DNA of 32,000 nt from NCBI RefSeq assembly GCF_000146505.1, contig NC_017448.1, forward strand, positions 2,670,001 to 2,702,000. The letters are read 5' to 3'. The notes under the pieces were generated by a model that was not told the DNA's origin, ran no database searches, and worked only from the letters and a program-made list of their open reading frames with translations. Below, in pieces: positions 7,676 through 14,252 of this stretch. Every line of letters begins with the position of its first letter. Positions within the stretch are counted from its first letter, which is position 1. This DNA comes from Fibrobacter succinogenes subsp. succinogenes S85 (GTDB taxonomy: Bacteria; Fibrobacterota; Fibrobacteria; Fibrobacterales; Fibrobacteraceae). Made by a program: the position numbers and the translations under genes.

Positions 7676-10600
7676 ATGTTTCGTGAAGTAAAGAAAGAAG
7701 AGACCTTCCCGCAGATCGAAGAGCGCGTGCTCGGATTGTGGGACAAGGACGATAGTTTCAAGAAGTCGCTTGACAGCCGTCCGGAAACCGAACCGTATAC
7801 TTTCTATGATGGCCCTCCGTTTGCAACGGGCCTTCCGCACTACGGTCACTTGCTTGCCGGTACCATCAAGGACATCGTTCCGCGTTACTGGACCATGAAG
7901 GGCAAGAAGGTTCCGCGCGGTTTCGGTTGGGACTGCCACGGTCTTCCGATTGAATCTCTCGTGCAGAACGAACTCGGTCTCGCTGGCGTTGCCGAAATCC
8001 AGAAGCTCGGCGTCGACAAGTTCAACGAAACTTGCCGCGGCAAGGTGCTCAAGTACACAAGCGAATGGAAGAAGACCGTTCGCCGCATGGGCCGCTGGGT
8101 CGACTTCGACAAGGGCTACAAGACCATGGACAAAAACTTCATGGAATCTGTGTGGTGGGTGTTCAAGCAGTGCTTCGACAAGGGCCTTATCTACCAGGGC
8201 TACCGCATCCAGCCGTACAGCCCGGCTCTCGCAACTCCGCTTTCGAACTTCGAAACGAACCAGGGCTATAAGGACCGTCAGGATCCGTCTTTGACGCTCA
8301 TCTTCCCGCTTAACACGGATGAAGCCAAGTTCAAGGACACGAGCATCCTCGTGTGGACGACGACCCCTTGGACACTTTATTCCAACTTCTGCATTGTTGT
8401 TGGCCCGGACATGGACTACAACCTTGTGGAACAGGATGGCAAGAAGTACTGGATTGCCGCAAGCCGTACCGCTGCTTACTTCAAGAACCCGAACATCGTT
8501 GATACCTGCAAGGGCTCTGAACTCGTGGGTAAGGACTACGAACCGCTTTCCCGTATCTCCGATGCATTCGTGACGCCGGACCAGCTGTCCCGCCACTACA
8601 AGATTTACCCCGCCGACTACGTGAGTACCGAAGACGGTACCGGCGCCGTGCATACCGCTCCCTCCTTCGGTGAAGAAGACTTCCAGAAGGGTGCTGAACT
8701 CGACCTCGGCCTTTTCGACCCGCTCGATACCGAAGGCAAGTTCACGGACAAGGTCCCGATGTGGAAGGGCCTTGGTGCGAAGGAAGCCGACAAGGAAATT
8801 ATCCGCTTCTTCAAGGAACAGGGCCGCGTGTTCAAGCAGGACACGATCGTGCATAGCTACCCGCACTGCTGGCGTACCGGCGTTCCTCTGATTTACCGCG
8901 CCCTCAAGACTTGGTTCTTGAAGATTGACGCGCCTGTCACAAGCAAGGACGGTGTGACCAAGACTCTGAAGGAATGGATGGTTGAAAACAACCAGACCGT
9001 GAACTGGGTTCCGGACCACATCAAGAACGGCCGTTTCGGCAAGTGGCTCGAAGGCGCTCGCGACTGGAACCTTTCTCGTAACCGCTTCTGGGGTACGCCG
9101 ATTCCGGTGTGGCTCTCTGACGACGGCGACATGATTGCCGTGGGTTCCATCGAAGAACTCCAGCAGCTCACTGGCGTGAAGCTCGATGACTTGCACAAGC
9201 ACTTTGTGGACAAGCTTACCATCGAAAAGAATGGCAAGGTCTACCGCCGCACGCCGGAAGTTTTCGACTGCTGGTTTGAATCCGGTTCTATGCCGTATGC
9301 AAGCCGCCATTACCCGTTTGAAAACAAGGAACTCGTGGAACGCAGCTTCCCGGCAGACTTCATTGCCGAAGGCCTTGACCAGACTCGTGGTTGGTTCTAC
9401 ACGCTGACCGTGCTTTCTAACGCTTTGTTCCAGAAACCGGCTTTCAAGAACGTTATTGTGAACGGTATTATCTTGGCCGAAGACGGTTCCAAGATGAGTA
9501 AGTCCAAGCGCAACTACCCGGACCCGAACGACCTTATTGAACGCACGGGTGCCGACGCCATTCGCTTGTTCATGATCAACTCCGCCGCTTTGAAGGCTGA
9601 AGACCTCCGCTTCAGTGAAGAAGGCGTGAAGGGCATCGTCAAACAGGTGATGTTGCCGCTCTGGAACGCCGTGGCATTCTTTGTCTCTAACCACAACGCT
9701 GATGCTGCCAAGGGCCAGCTCACGTGGAAGCCCGGTCAGGAAGTGAAGTCTGACAACGAACTGGACCGCTGGATGCTTGCAACGCTGCAGGATCTCGCTG
9801 CCAAGGTTGAAGTTGAAATGAAGGCTTACCGCCTGTACAACGTGGTGCCTGCCGTGATTGCCGCGGTTGATGACCTCACGAACTGGTACGTGCGCCGCAG
9901 CCGCCGCCGCTTCTGGAAGAGCGAAAATGATGGTGACAAGAACGCTGCCTACGCAACCATGTACAAGGTGCTCGTAGACTTCTCCAAGATTCTCGCTCCG
10001 TTCCTCCCGCTCCTCGCCGAAGAAATCTACCAGATTCTCGTGCGCGAAGTCGATGCTAACGCTCCGGTGAGTGTACACCTCTGCGAATTCCCGAGTGCTG
10101 ACAAGTCCCTCATGGACGAAAAGCTTGTGGAACGCATCGCCATGGTGCGTGGCATGGTCGAAATGGGTCGCGTGATTCGTGCAACGAACAACGTAAAGAA
10201 CCGTATGCCGATTGCCAGCATGACGGTCGTTGCTCACGGTAACGAAGAAAAGAACGTTGCTGAAACGATGAAGGACTTGATTCTCGAAGAACTCAACGTT
10301 CGCGAAATGAAGTTCCTCGAAGACGAAACCAAGCTTGTGAAACTCTCTGCAAAGCCGAACTTCCTCGCTATCAAGGCGAAGGGTCCGGATTACGCGAAGA
10401 ACATGAAGGTGATTTCCGCGAAGTTGAATTCGTTGACCGTCGACGAAATCAAGGCTCTGCAGAATGGCGAAACCATCAAGTTCGACTTCGGTGAAGTCGG
10501 TGCCGACTGCCTGATGCTCAACCGCATCGTGGCCGACGGCATGGCCGTGGAAGCCAACCAGCACTTCACCGTGGCTCTGGACCTGAAGATCACGGACGAA

Positions 10601-10861
10601 CTCCGCCGCGCCTGCGTGGCCCGCGAACTCGTGAACCGTATCCAGAACCGCCGTAAGGACCAGAACTACGCCATCACCGACAAGATCGAAGTGACGCTGT
10701 TCTCTGCAAGCGAAGTCTTCAAGCAGGCTGTCGCGGAGAACGAGGCTTACATCGCCGGCGAAACTCAGGCCGTGAAGATTGCCTGGGCGGCCGCTGCCGA
10801 TGGCTTGGAAGCGAATGACGCCGACGGCGAAGCATTCAGTTTCACGACCGTTAAGGCATAA
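7676..10861 (+). CDS. ileS: isoleucine--tRNA ligase, type 2 (eukaryote-like) form, intact, carrying C-terminal tail type A
   Basis: Start MFREVKKEETFPQIEERVLGLWDKDDSFKKS (ATG 7676, AGAGG at 7664-7668). Class I motifs are PHYGHLLAG (HIGH) and KMSKSKRN (KMSKS), plus a WCxSR-like region. The protein is 1061 aa. The 7589 start in the ORF track is a leader extension running through the heptamer repeat. Confidence 0.95.
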   Translation: MFREVKKEETFPQIEERVLGLWDKDDSFKKSLDSRPETEPYTFYDGPPFATGLPHYGHLLAGTIKDIVPRYWTMKGKKVPRGFGWDCHGLPIESLVQNELGLAGVAEIQKLGVDKFNETCRGKVLKYTSEWKKTVRRMGRWVDFDKGYKTMDKNFMESVWWVFKQCFDKGLIYQGYRIQPYSPALATPLSNFETNQGYKDRQDPSLTLIFPLNTDEAKFKDTSILVWTTTPWTLYSNFCIVVGPDMDYNLVEQDGKKYWIAASRTAAYFKNPNIVDTCKGSELVGKDYEPLSRISDAFVTPDQLSRHYKIYPADYVSTEDGTGAVHTAPSFGEEDFQKGAELDLGLFDPLDTEGKFTDKVPMWKGLGAKEADKEIIRFFKEQGRVFKQDTIVHSYPHCWRTGVPLIYRALKTWFLKIDAPVTSKDGVTKTLKEWMVENNQTVNWVPDHIKNGRFGKWLEGARDWNLSRNRFWGTPIPVWLSDDGDMIAVGSIEELQQLTGVKLDDLHKHFVDKLTIEKNGKVYRRTPEVFDCWFESGSMPYASRHYPFENKELVERSFPADFIAEGLDQTRGWFYTLTVLSNALFQKPAFKNVIVNGIILAEDGSKMSKSKRNYPDPNDLIERTGADAIRLFMINSAALKAEDLRFSEEGVKGIVKQVMLPLWNAVAFFVSNHNADAAKGQLTWKPGQEVKSDNELDRWMLATLQDLAAKVEVEMKAYRLYNVVPAVIAAVDDLTNWYVRRSRRRFWKSENDGDKNAAYATMYKVLVDFSKILAPFLPLLAEEIYQILVREVDANAPVSVHLCEFPSADKSLMDEKLVERIAMVRGMVEMGRVIRATNNVKNRMPIASMTVVAHGNEEKNVAETMKDLILEELNVREMKFLEDETKLVKLSAKPNFLAIKAKGPDYAKNMKVISAKLNSLTVDEIKALQNGETIKFDFGEVGADCLMLNRIVADGMAVEANQHFTVALDLKITDELRRACVARELVNRIQNRRKDQNYAITDKIEVTLFSASEVFKQAVAENEAYIAGETQAVKIAWAAAADGLEANDADGEAFSFTTVKA
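10287..10326 (+). repeat. left copy of a 40-nt exact direct repeat inside ileS (island-bounding repeat); near-identity continues for about 95 nt more
   Basis: AAGAACTCAACGTTCGCGAAATGAAGTTCCTCGAAGACGA is identical at 10287-10326 and 13607-13646. The next ~95 nt (10327 onward versus 13720 onward) differ at one position, and then divergence rises sharply. Confidence 0.9.
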
Positions 10862-11043
10862 TCAAGGGTGACTACCGCCCGAGGCGAGTGTAGCGCGAGA
10901 ACTTGTTCTCGCATTACCGAGCCGTTGCGGTAGGGCGCCTTGCGCCAAACTCAGGCTAACGCTATCGTGTGGAAGGATTCTGCTGCTGGCTTGCAGGAAT
11001 CTGATGCAGATGGCGAAAAGGTTGCAGTCGAAGCGGTGAAATA
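10861..11043 (+). pseudogene. orphan ileS C-terminal tail fragment (type B), starting at the ileS stop codon and split by element E1
   Basis: ATCAAGGGTGA [E1] AACTCAGGCTAACGCTATCGTGTGGAAGGATTCTGCTGCTGGCTTGCAGGAATCTGATGCAGATGGCGAAAAGGTTGCAGTCGAAGCGGTGAAATAA is collinear with 14146-14251 of the second copy. It would encode IKGETQANAIVWKDSAAGLQESDADGEKVAVEAVK*. It is not in frame with ileS. Confidence 0.85.
10872..10947 (+). mobile_element. structured 76-nt insertion element, copy E1
   Basis: CTACCGC...GCGGTAG forms a 7-bp outer helix. Conserved AGGCGAG and CCGAGCC strands flank an internal helix capped by a CTTG loop (GCGAGAA CTTG TTCTCGC). A 3' hairpin is GGCGC CTT GCGCC. It is inserted in GGTGA^AACTC of type-B tail sequence, with a 1-nt boundary ambiguity. 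Confidence 0.75.
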
Positions 11044-11066
11044 AATAGACTGTTGCTGACAATTGC

Positions 11067-11103
11067 AAAAGGACCCCGGTTTTTACTGAGGTCCTTTTGT
11101 TTA
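11067..11103 (+). terminator. hairpin plus T-run after the ileS tail stack (possibly bidirectional with the XRE gene)
   Basis: AAAAGGACC (11067-11075) pairs with GGTCCTTTT (11090-11098), followed by GTTT. The loop is large (14 nt), so confidence is moderate. Confidence 0.5.
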
Positions 11104-11135
11104 ATCCAAGACAATGGAATGTGGTTTGCTATAAA

Positions 11136-11531
11136 CTATTTGTTGTTGTGTCCGGATACTTTTGTCTTTTTCAGCTGTTGATGCTCTATATGGCGTAAAT
11201 CCAAAAGTTCTGAAAGGTTTATGCCCAAGGCGTTTGCCATCTCAATCAGAGTGACGAGACGAGGATTTCTTGAACCATTAATGGATCTTGTGATTGTTGA
11301 TTTGGTAAGTCTATTCTCGTAAGCAAATTTTTCAATAGTTGCATAACCCGCATCCTGTATTTTCTGTCGGATGTTCTCTCGAATGTGTGTTATAGTCACT
11401 TCGGGGTCTAGCATACTCCCCAAAGCTAGCGAATAGACCTTCTCGTATAGTTGCCGTATGGCAACTGAATTGGAGGGTTGTATTGAAAACATCTCGTGAA
11501 TCAGCCCGAACCGGACGTTGCCGTTTGGCAT
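11136..11531 (-). CDS. XRE-family helix-turn-helix transcriptional regulator
   Basis: C-terminal HTH_3-like segment (FAYENRLTKSTITRSINGSRNPRLVTLIEMANALGINLSELL). The ATG at 11531 (MPNGNV...) is overlapped by an operator palindrome. The track start at 11534 is a TTG one codon upstream. Confidence 0.8.
   Translation of the reverse strand: MPNGNVRFGLIHEMFSIQPSNSVAIRQLYEKVYSLALGSMLDPEVTITHIRENIRQKIQDAGYATIEKFAYENRLTKSTITRSINGSRNPRLVTLIEMANALGINLSELLDLRHIEHQQLKKTKVSGHNNK
11449..11466. promoter_or_regulatory. operator-like palindrome AGTTGCC-GTAT-GGCAACT inside the XRE coding region
   Basis: Perfect 7+4+7 palindrome with the same TTGCC-N4-GGCAA core as the three sites in the divergent intergenic region. 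Confidence 0.55.
11517..11531. promoter_or_regulatory. operator-like palindrome GTTGCC-GTTT-GGCAT overlapping the XRE start codon
   Basis: TTGCCGTTTGGCA at 11518-11530. Its reverse complement is ATGCCAAACGGCAA, which encodes MPNGN. Confidence 0.6.
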
Positions 11532-11591
11532 CAAAAATCGTGGAAAAAAACTTTTTTTGAATGGTTATTGAAAGAAAATTGGTGAAAAAAT

Positions 11592-11609
11592 GGTTGCCGT
11601 TTGGCAACC
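11592..11609. promoter_or_regulatory. operator-like palindrome GGTTGCC-GTTT-GGCAACC
   Basis: Perfect 7+4+7 palindrome in the divergent XRE / small-ORF intergenic region. Confidence 0.65.
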
Positions 11610-11630
11610 GGTAATGTATATTGACTTGGT

Positions 11631-11646
11631 GTTGCCATTTGGCAAT
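11631..11646. promoter_or_regulatory. operator-like palindrome GTTGCC-ATTT-GGCAAT, directly after a TTGACT hexamer
   Basis: TTGCCATTTGGCAA at 11632-11645, with TTGACT at 11621-11626 immediately upstream. This geometry fits a promoter-occluding operator. Confidence 0.6.
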
Positions 11647-11721
11647 TTGTAAGGTAAATACTAGTCGCGAACGTTCCCACACGGCTAGATATAGGATAAT
11701 TGGGGCAAAAAGGATAATAAT

Positions 11722-11907
11722 ATGATTGGATCTGCAATACAGAAGGGCTCGTCCGTTTATGTGTTTAATGAAAAGGGTGTACAAATATGGTCTAGACCAT
11801 CCGATGCACTTATAGGTTTTACATCATCTTCTGTGACCGTAAGAGTGGGAAATAATGCACGTATATATGATGAAAAAGGGGTTCATAAATACACCAAATC
11901 ACTTTGA
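11722..11907 (+). CDS. small (61 aa) hypothetical protein with an internal repeat
   Basis: ATG is preceded by AAAGGAT. The motif is repeated: SSVYVFNEKGVQI and NARIYDEKGVHKY, separated by GFTSSSVTVRVG. It has no TM segment or signal peptide and is transcribed divergently from the XRE gene. Confidence 0.6.
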   Translation: MIGSAIQKGSSVYVFNEKGVQIWSRPSDALIGFTSSSVTVRVGNNARIYDEKGVHKYTKSL

Positions 11908-12028
11908 TTTTTTCTTTTTTTTGTAAACAATTGAAAACGGGTGCAACTTTGTAGCCGTTTTGGAAAATTGTGAGAAAACAAACGGAATCCTTTACAGGAA
12001 AAAACTGACTAAATCATTGGGAGATGCT

Positions 12029-12790
12029 ATGGCAGCAAATGAATCTAGTTATAAAGATTCTCGTGATGGACATGTATATAAAACAGTTTTCATTGGCAAA
12101 CAGGAATGGTTTGCGGAAAATCTTTGTTTTGAAACATTGGATGAATGTTATTCGTATGACCAAACTGATCCCGGAATCCGTGACGAAATTGACGAACAAG
12201 AGGTGGTTGGTGGATATGGATATCTTTACACCATTGAAGCAGCCAAGGAAGCGGTTCCTGATGGCTGGCGTTTGCCTTCGGAGAAAGATTTTATTCAATT
12301 GACTAGAACGGTGGGTGTTCCTAAAATACAAACAATAAAGTTCCTGAGCAAATATTTAAAAGATAGCCTTTTTAATTGTGATAAAAGACGGGATAACGGC
12401 GTTAAGTGCAATCGCATTCAAAGTCCTTGCTGGAACGATGATTTCAAGGACCCTTTTGGTTTTTCTGCGCTTTATAGTGGATATGGAAGTCTTTTCGCAT
12501 CGGAAAAAGATGGATTCCGTGAGGAGTTTTTGAAATTCAAAGGGCGTGGAGGGTATGAGGAAGAAGATATGCATATTGAGGCTCGCTTGTGGATGTCTTC
12601 GGAACGCAATGGAAAACCTGCATATTTCTTTATAGAAGAAGATAGAGTTGGTTTTTGCGAAAAATTTGACAGGTCCTATAAGAAAATATTTTCGGGTGTT
12701 CCTGGCATGAATTTTGTAAACAAAATGGAAGCGATGGTAGAATCTGGTCGGTGCCTTTGTTCCGTTAGGCTAGTTCGCGATATGAAGTAA
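12029..12790 (+). CDS. Fibrobacter succinogenes major paralogous (FISUMP, TIGR02145-type) domain protein lacking a signal peptide
   Basis: Hallmark motifs are YKDSRDGHVYKTVFIGKQEWFAENL, GYGYLYT..A, PDGWRLPSEKDF, FGFSALYSGYG, ARLWMSSE and CSVRLVRD. ATG 12029 has GGGAG 7 nt upstream. The N-terminus MAANESSYKD is not hydrophobic. Confidence 0.8.
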   Translation: MAANESSYKDSRDGHVYKTVFIGKQEWFAENLCFETLDECYSYDQTDPGIRDEIDEQEVVGGYGYLYTIEAAKEAVPDGWRLPSEKDFIQLTRTVGVPKIQTIKFLSKYLKDSLFNCDKRRDNGVKCNRIQSPCWNDDFKDPFGFSALYSGYGSLFASEKDGFREEFLKFKGRGGYEEEDMHIEARLWMSSERNGKPAYFFIEEDRVGFCEKFDRSYKKIFSGVPGMNFVNKMEAMVESGRCLCSVRLVRDMK

Positions 12791-12830
12791 TCATCTCGTA
12801 TTGAAAAGCCTTAAACATATAGAATGCGAA

Positions 12831-13442
12831 ATGAGCGATAATAAAACTGTTCTTCAAGAGTTTGAATACGAGGATAAGTCTTTTTGGATTGAAGCGAAAA
12901 AATTAAAAAAGGTTCCTGGTTATTATAAATGGTGGGCTAAGGAAAAGCTTGTTAAAGAATTGTTGGATTGGTTAGGAAAAGAAGATCCTAAGTTTAAAAA
13001 ACTTGTAAAGTATGAAAAAATGAAGAGGGAGGGACATTTCGAGTATGACAAAACAAATACATATTGTTGCGTCTATGTAGGAAAGTCGGATAACGTTATA
13101 AGAAGAATTGTAGAAAATCATATTTGTGGCTCAATACGTAATTCAACTATGCGTAGGCATTTGGGGTATATTATACAGAACAAGATTACAAATAAATTTT
13201 TGGATAAAAAATTTTTGGAGAATGCTGTTAACGATATTATTCAACAAATGAAGGTGTCCTTTGTTGAGATAGAAAAAGGCCTAGATCAGGAAGAGACTTG
13301 TCAGATAAACAGAAAGTTGCATATTCTGAATGTTAAGAAAAACGATTATGGGGATAATTATTGTTGCCAACAAGCGAAAATGATAAAATGCAAGTTGGAA
13401 AATATGATGGACAGAAATGGGGATTCTGTTAGGAAAATTTAA
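12831..13442 (+). CDS. GIY-YIG superfamily nuclease domain protein
   Basis: PGYYKWWA (UvrC-like GIY strand), FEY-x9-YVGKSDNVIRRIVENH (YIG plus helix), a conserved Arg region (NSTMRRHLGYI) and a distal acidic/Asn pair (VSFVEIEKG...EETCQINRKLHILNVKKN). An alternative TTG start lies at 12801. Confidence 0.65.
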   Translation: MSDNKTVLQEFEYEDKSFWIEAKKLKKVPGYYKWWAKEKLVKELLDWLGKEDPKFKKLVKYEKMKREGHFEYDKTNTYCCVYVGKSDNVIRRIVENHICGSIRNSTMRRHLGYIIQNKITNKFLDKKFLENAVNDIIQQMKVSFVEIEKGLDQEETCQINRKLHILNVKKNDYGDNYCCQQAKMIKCKLENMMDRNGDSVRKI

Positions 13443-13482
13443 ATCTAAAGGACTACAAATTGCGGGTTATGTTCAATTCGCG

Positions 13483-13606
13483 TTAGGGGTAGTGACCCCT
13501 TGGGGCGGCACTGTGGTGCCGTTTTAGGAGGCGGGTGACGAGCGAAGCGATGACGGCTGCCCCTAAAATATAGCTCGACCCACGTAGTGGGGAACGCCCA
13601 AAAGAA
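13483..13606 (+). other. hairpin-dense junction segment between the island cargo and the displaced ileS fragment (candidate structured RNA or recombination site)
   Basis: Three perfect hairpins are present. They are AGGGGT-AGTG-ACCCCT (13485-13500), CGGCAC-TGTG-GTGCCG (13506-21) and CCCAC-GTA-GTGGG (13579-91). Competing long-range pairings include TTTTAGG (13522-28) with CCTAAAA (13562-68), and GGGGCGGC (13502-09) with GCTGCCCC (13556-63). Confidence 0.4.
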
Positions 13607-14251
13607 AAGAACTCAACGTTCGCGAAATGAAGTTCCTCGAAGACGACAAATGCGTAAGGCGAGAGTCGCGACCGTGCTTGCATGGGCATGACCGAGCCTA
13701 GCATTTGGTACGAAGTGCAAACCAAGCTTGTGAAGCTCTCTGCAAAGCCGAACTTCCTCGCTATCAAGGCGAAGGGTCCGGATTACGCGAAGAACATGAA
13801 GGTGATTTCCGCTAAGCTCAACAGCCTTACGGTTGATGAAATCAAGGCTCTCCAGGCTGGCGAAACCATCAAGTTCGAATTCGGTGAAGTTGGTGCTGAC
13901 TGCTTGATGCTCAACCGCATCGTTGCCGACGGCATGGCTGTGGAAGCCAACCAGCACTTCACTGTGGCTCTGAATTTGAAGATCACGGACGAACTCCGCC
14001 GCGCCTGCGTGGCTCGCGAACTCGTGAACCGCATCCAGAACCGCCGTAAGGACCAGAACTTTGCAATCTCAGACCGTATCAGCATTGAACTTTATTCTGA
14101 AAGCGAAGTGCTGAAGCAGGCTGTGAAGGAAAACGAATCTTACATCAAGGGCGAGACGCAGGCTGACGCTATCGTGTGGAAGGATTCTACTGCTGGTTTG
14201 CAGGAATCTGATGCAGATGGCGAAAAGGTCTTCGTCGAAGCTGTAAGATAA
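13607..14251 (+). pseudogene. ileS: displaced second copy of the ileS 3' end (last ~190 codons, type-B tail), split by element E2
   Basis: Collinear with 10287-10861. The first ~135 nt are nearly identical, then many differences are synonymous (for example KLNSLTVDEIKALQ is retained). The tail diverges to ...ESYIKGETQADAIVWKDSTAGLQESDADGEKVFVEAVR*. It has no 5' part of the gene, and the 73-nt E2 breaks the frame. Confidence 0.9.
13647..13719 (+). mobile_element. structured 73-nt insertion element, copy E2
   Basis: CAAATGC...GCATTTG forms the outer helix, with AGGCGAG and CCGAGCC strands, an apical CCGTG CTTG CATGG hairpin and a 3' hairpin GTAC GAA GTGC. It interrupts GAAGACGA^AACCAAGC, a sequence that is continuous in the intact ileS at 10326/10327. 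Confidence 0.85.
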
Positions 14252-14252
14252 T

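Larger units (their letters stand above)
11104..13606. mobile_element. AT-rich accessory island cargo lying between the two ileS 3' copies (no recombinase gene visible)
   Basis: Visibly more A+T-rich than the flanks. It contains an XRE regulator with operators, a small ORF, a FISUMP protein and a GIY-YIG nuclease. It ends exactly where ileS homology resumes (13607). Confidence 0.55.

Noticed and set aside
7610-10564. Very long antisense ORFs opposite ileS (984 aa), GH8 (2067-4292, 741 aa), glnA (19660-20727 and 20734-21870), gltB (several), gltD (26943-28322) and amtB (30378-31643).
   Set aside because: Each lies exactly opposite a gene with strong family motifs. Their translations are low-complexity (Arg/Val/His/Glu-rich) with no recognisable domains and no RBS. 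This is the usual stop-codon depletion of the antisense frame in codon-biased genes.
10872-10947. The E elements as integron attC sites, hammerhead/HDV-like ribozymes or canonical kink-turns.
   Set aside because: There are no RYYYAAC/GTTRRRY core sites and no intI gene. There is no CUGAUGA...GAAA hammerhead core, and the strand order does not fit the HDV nested pseudoknot. The GGC/GCC plus tandem G.A arrangement lacks the 3-nt bulge of a K-turn. None of these could be supported from the sequence.
10859-11043. The orphan tail fragments as programmed frameshift or readthrough extensions of ileS.
   Set aside because: The B fragment is in the +2 frame relative to ileS, and that frame has a TAA just upstream (10850-10852). 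E1 interrupts the fragment, and in the frame that continues into the downstream tail-B sequence E1 contains a TAG. The A' fragment is likewise out of frame with the B' stop.
13647-13719. The E elements as tRNA or tRNA-like genes (73-76 nt with a 7-bp terminal helix).
   Set aside because: There is no D-arm or T-arm (no GTTCRANYC-type loop). The single long internal helix ends in a 4-nt CTTG loop rather than a 7-nt anticodon loop. The 7-bp helix is followed by an extra hairpin instead of a discriminator/CCA end.
13483-13957. Minus-strand ORFs 13483-13767 (94 aa) and 13613-13957 (114 aa), and plus-strand ORF 14257-14490 with a TTG start.
   Set aside because: The first two are antisense to the ileS fragment and E2 and run through the hairpin segment. 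The third is only open because E3 (76 nt) shifts the frame into the orphan tail. None has an RBS or an independent coding signal.
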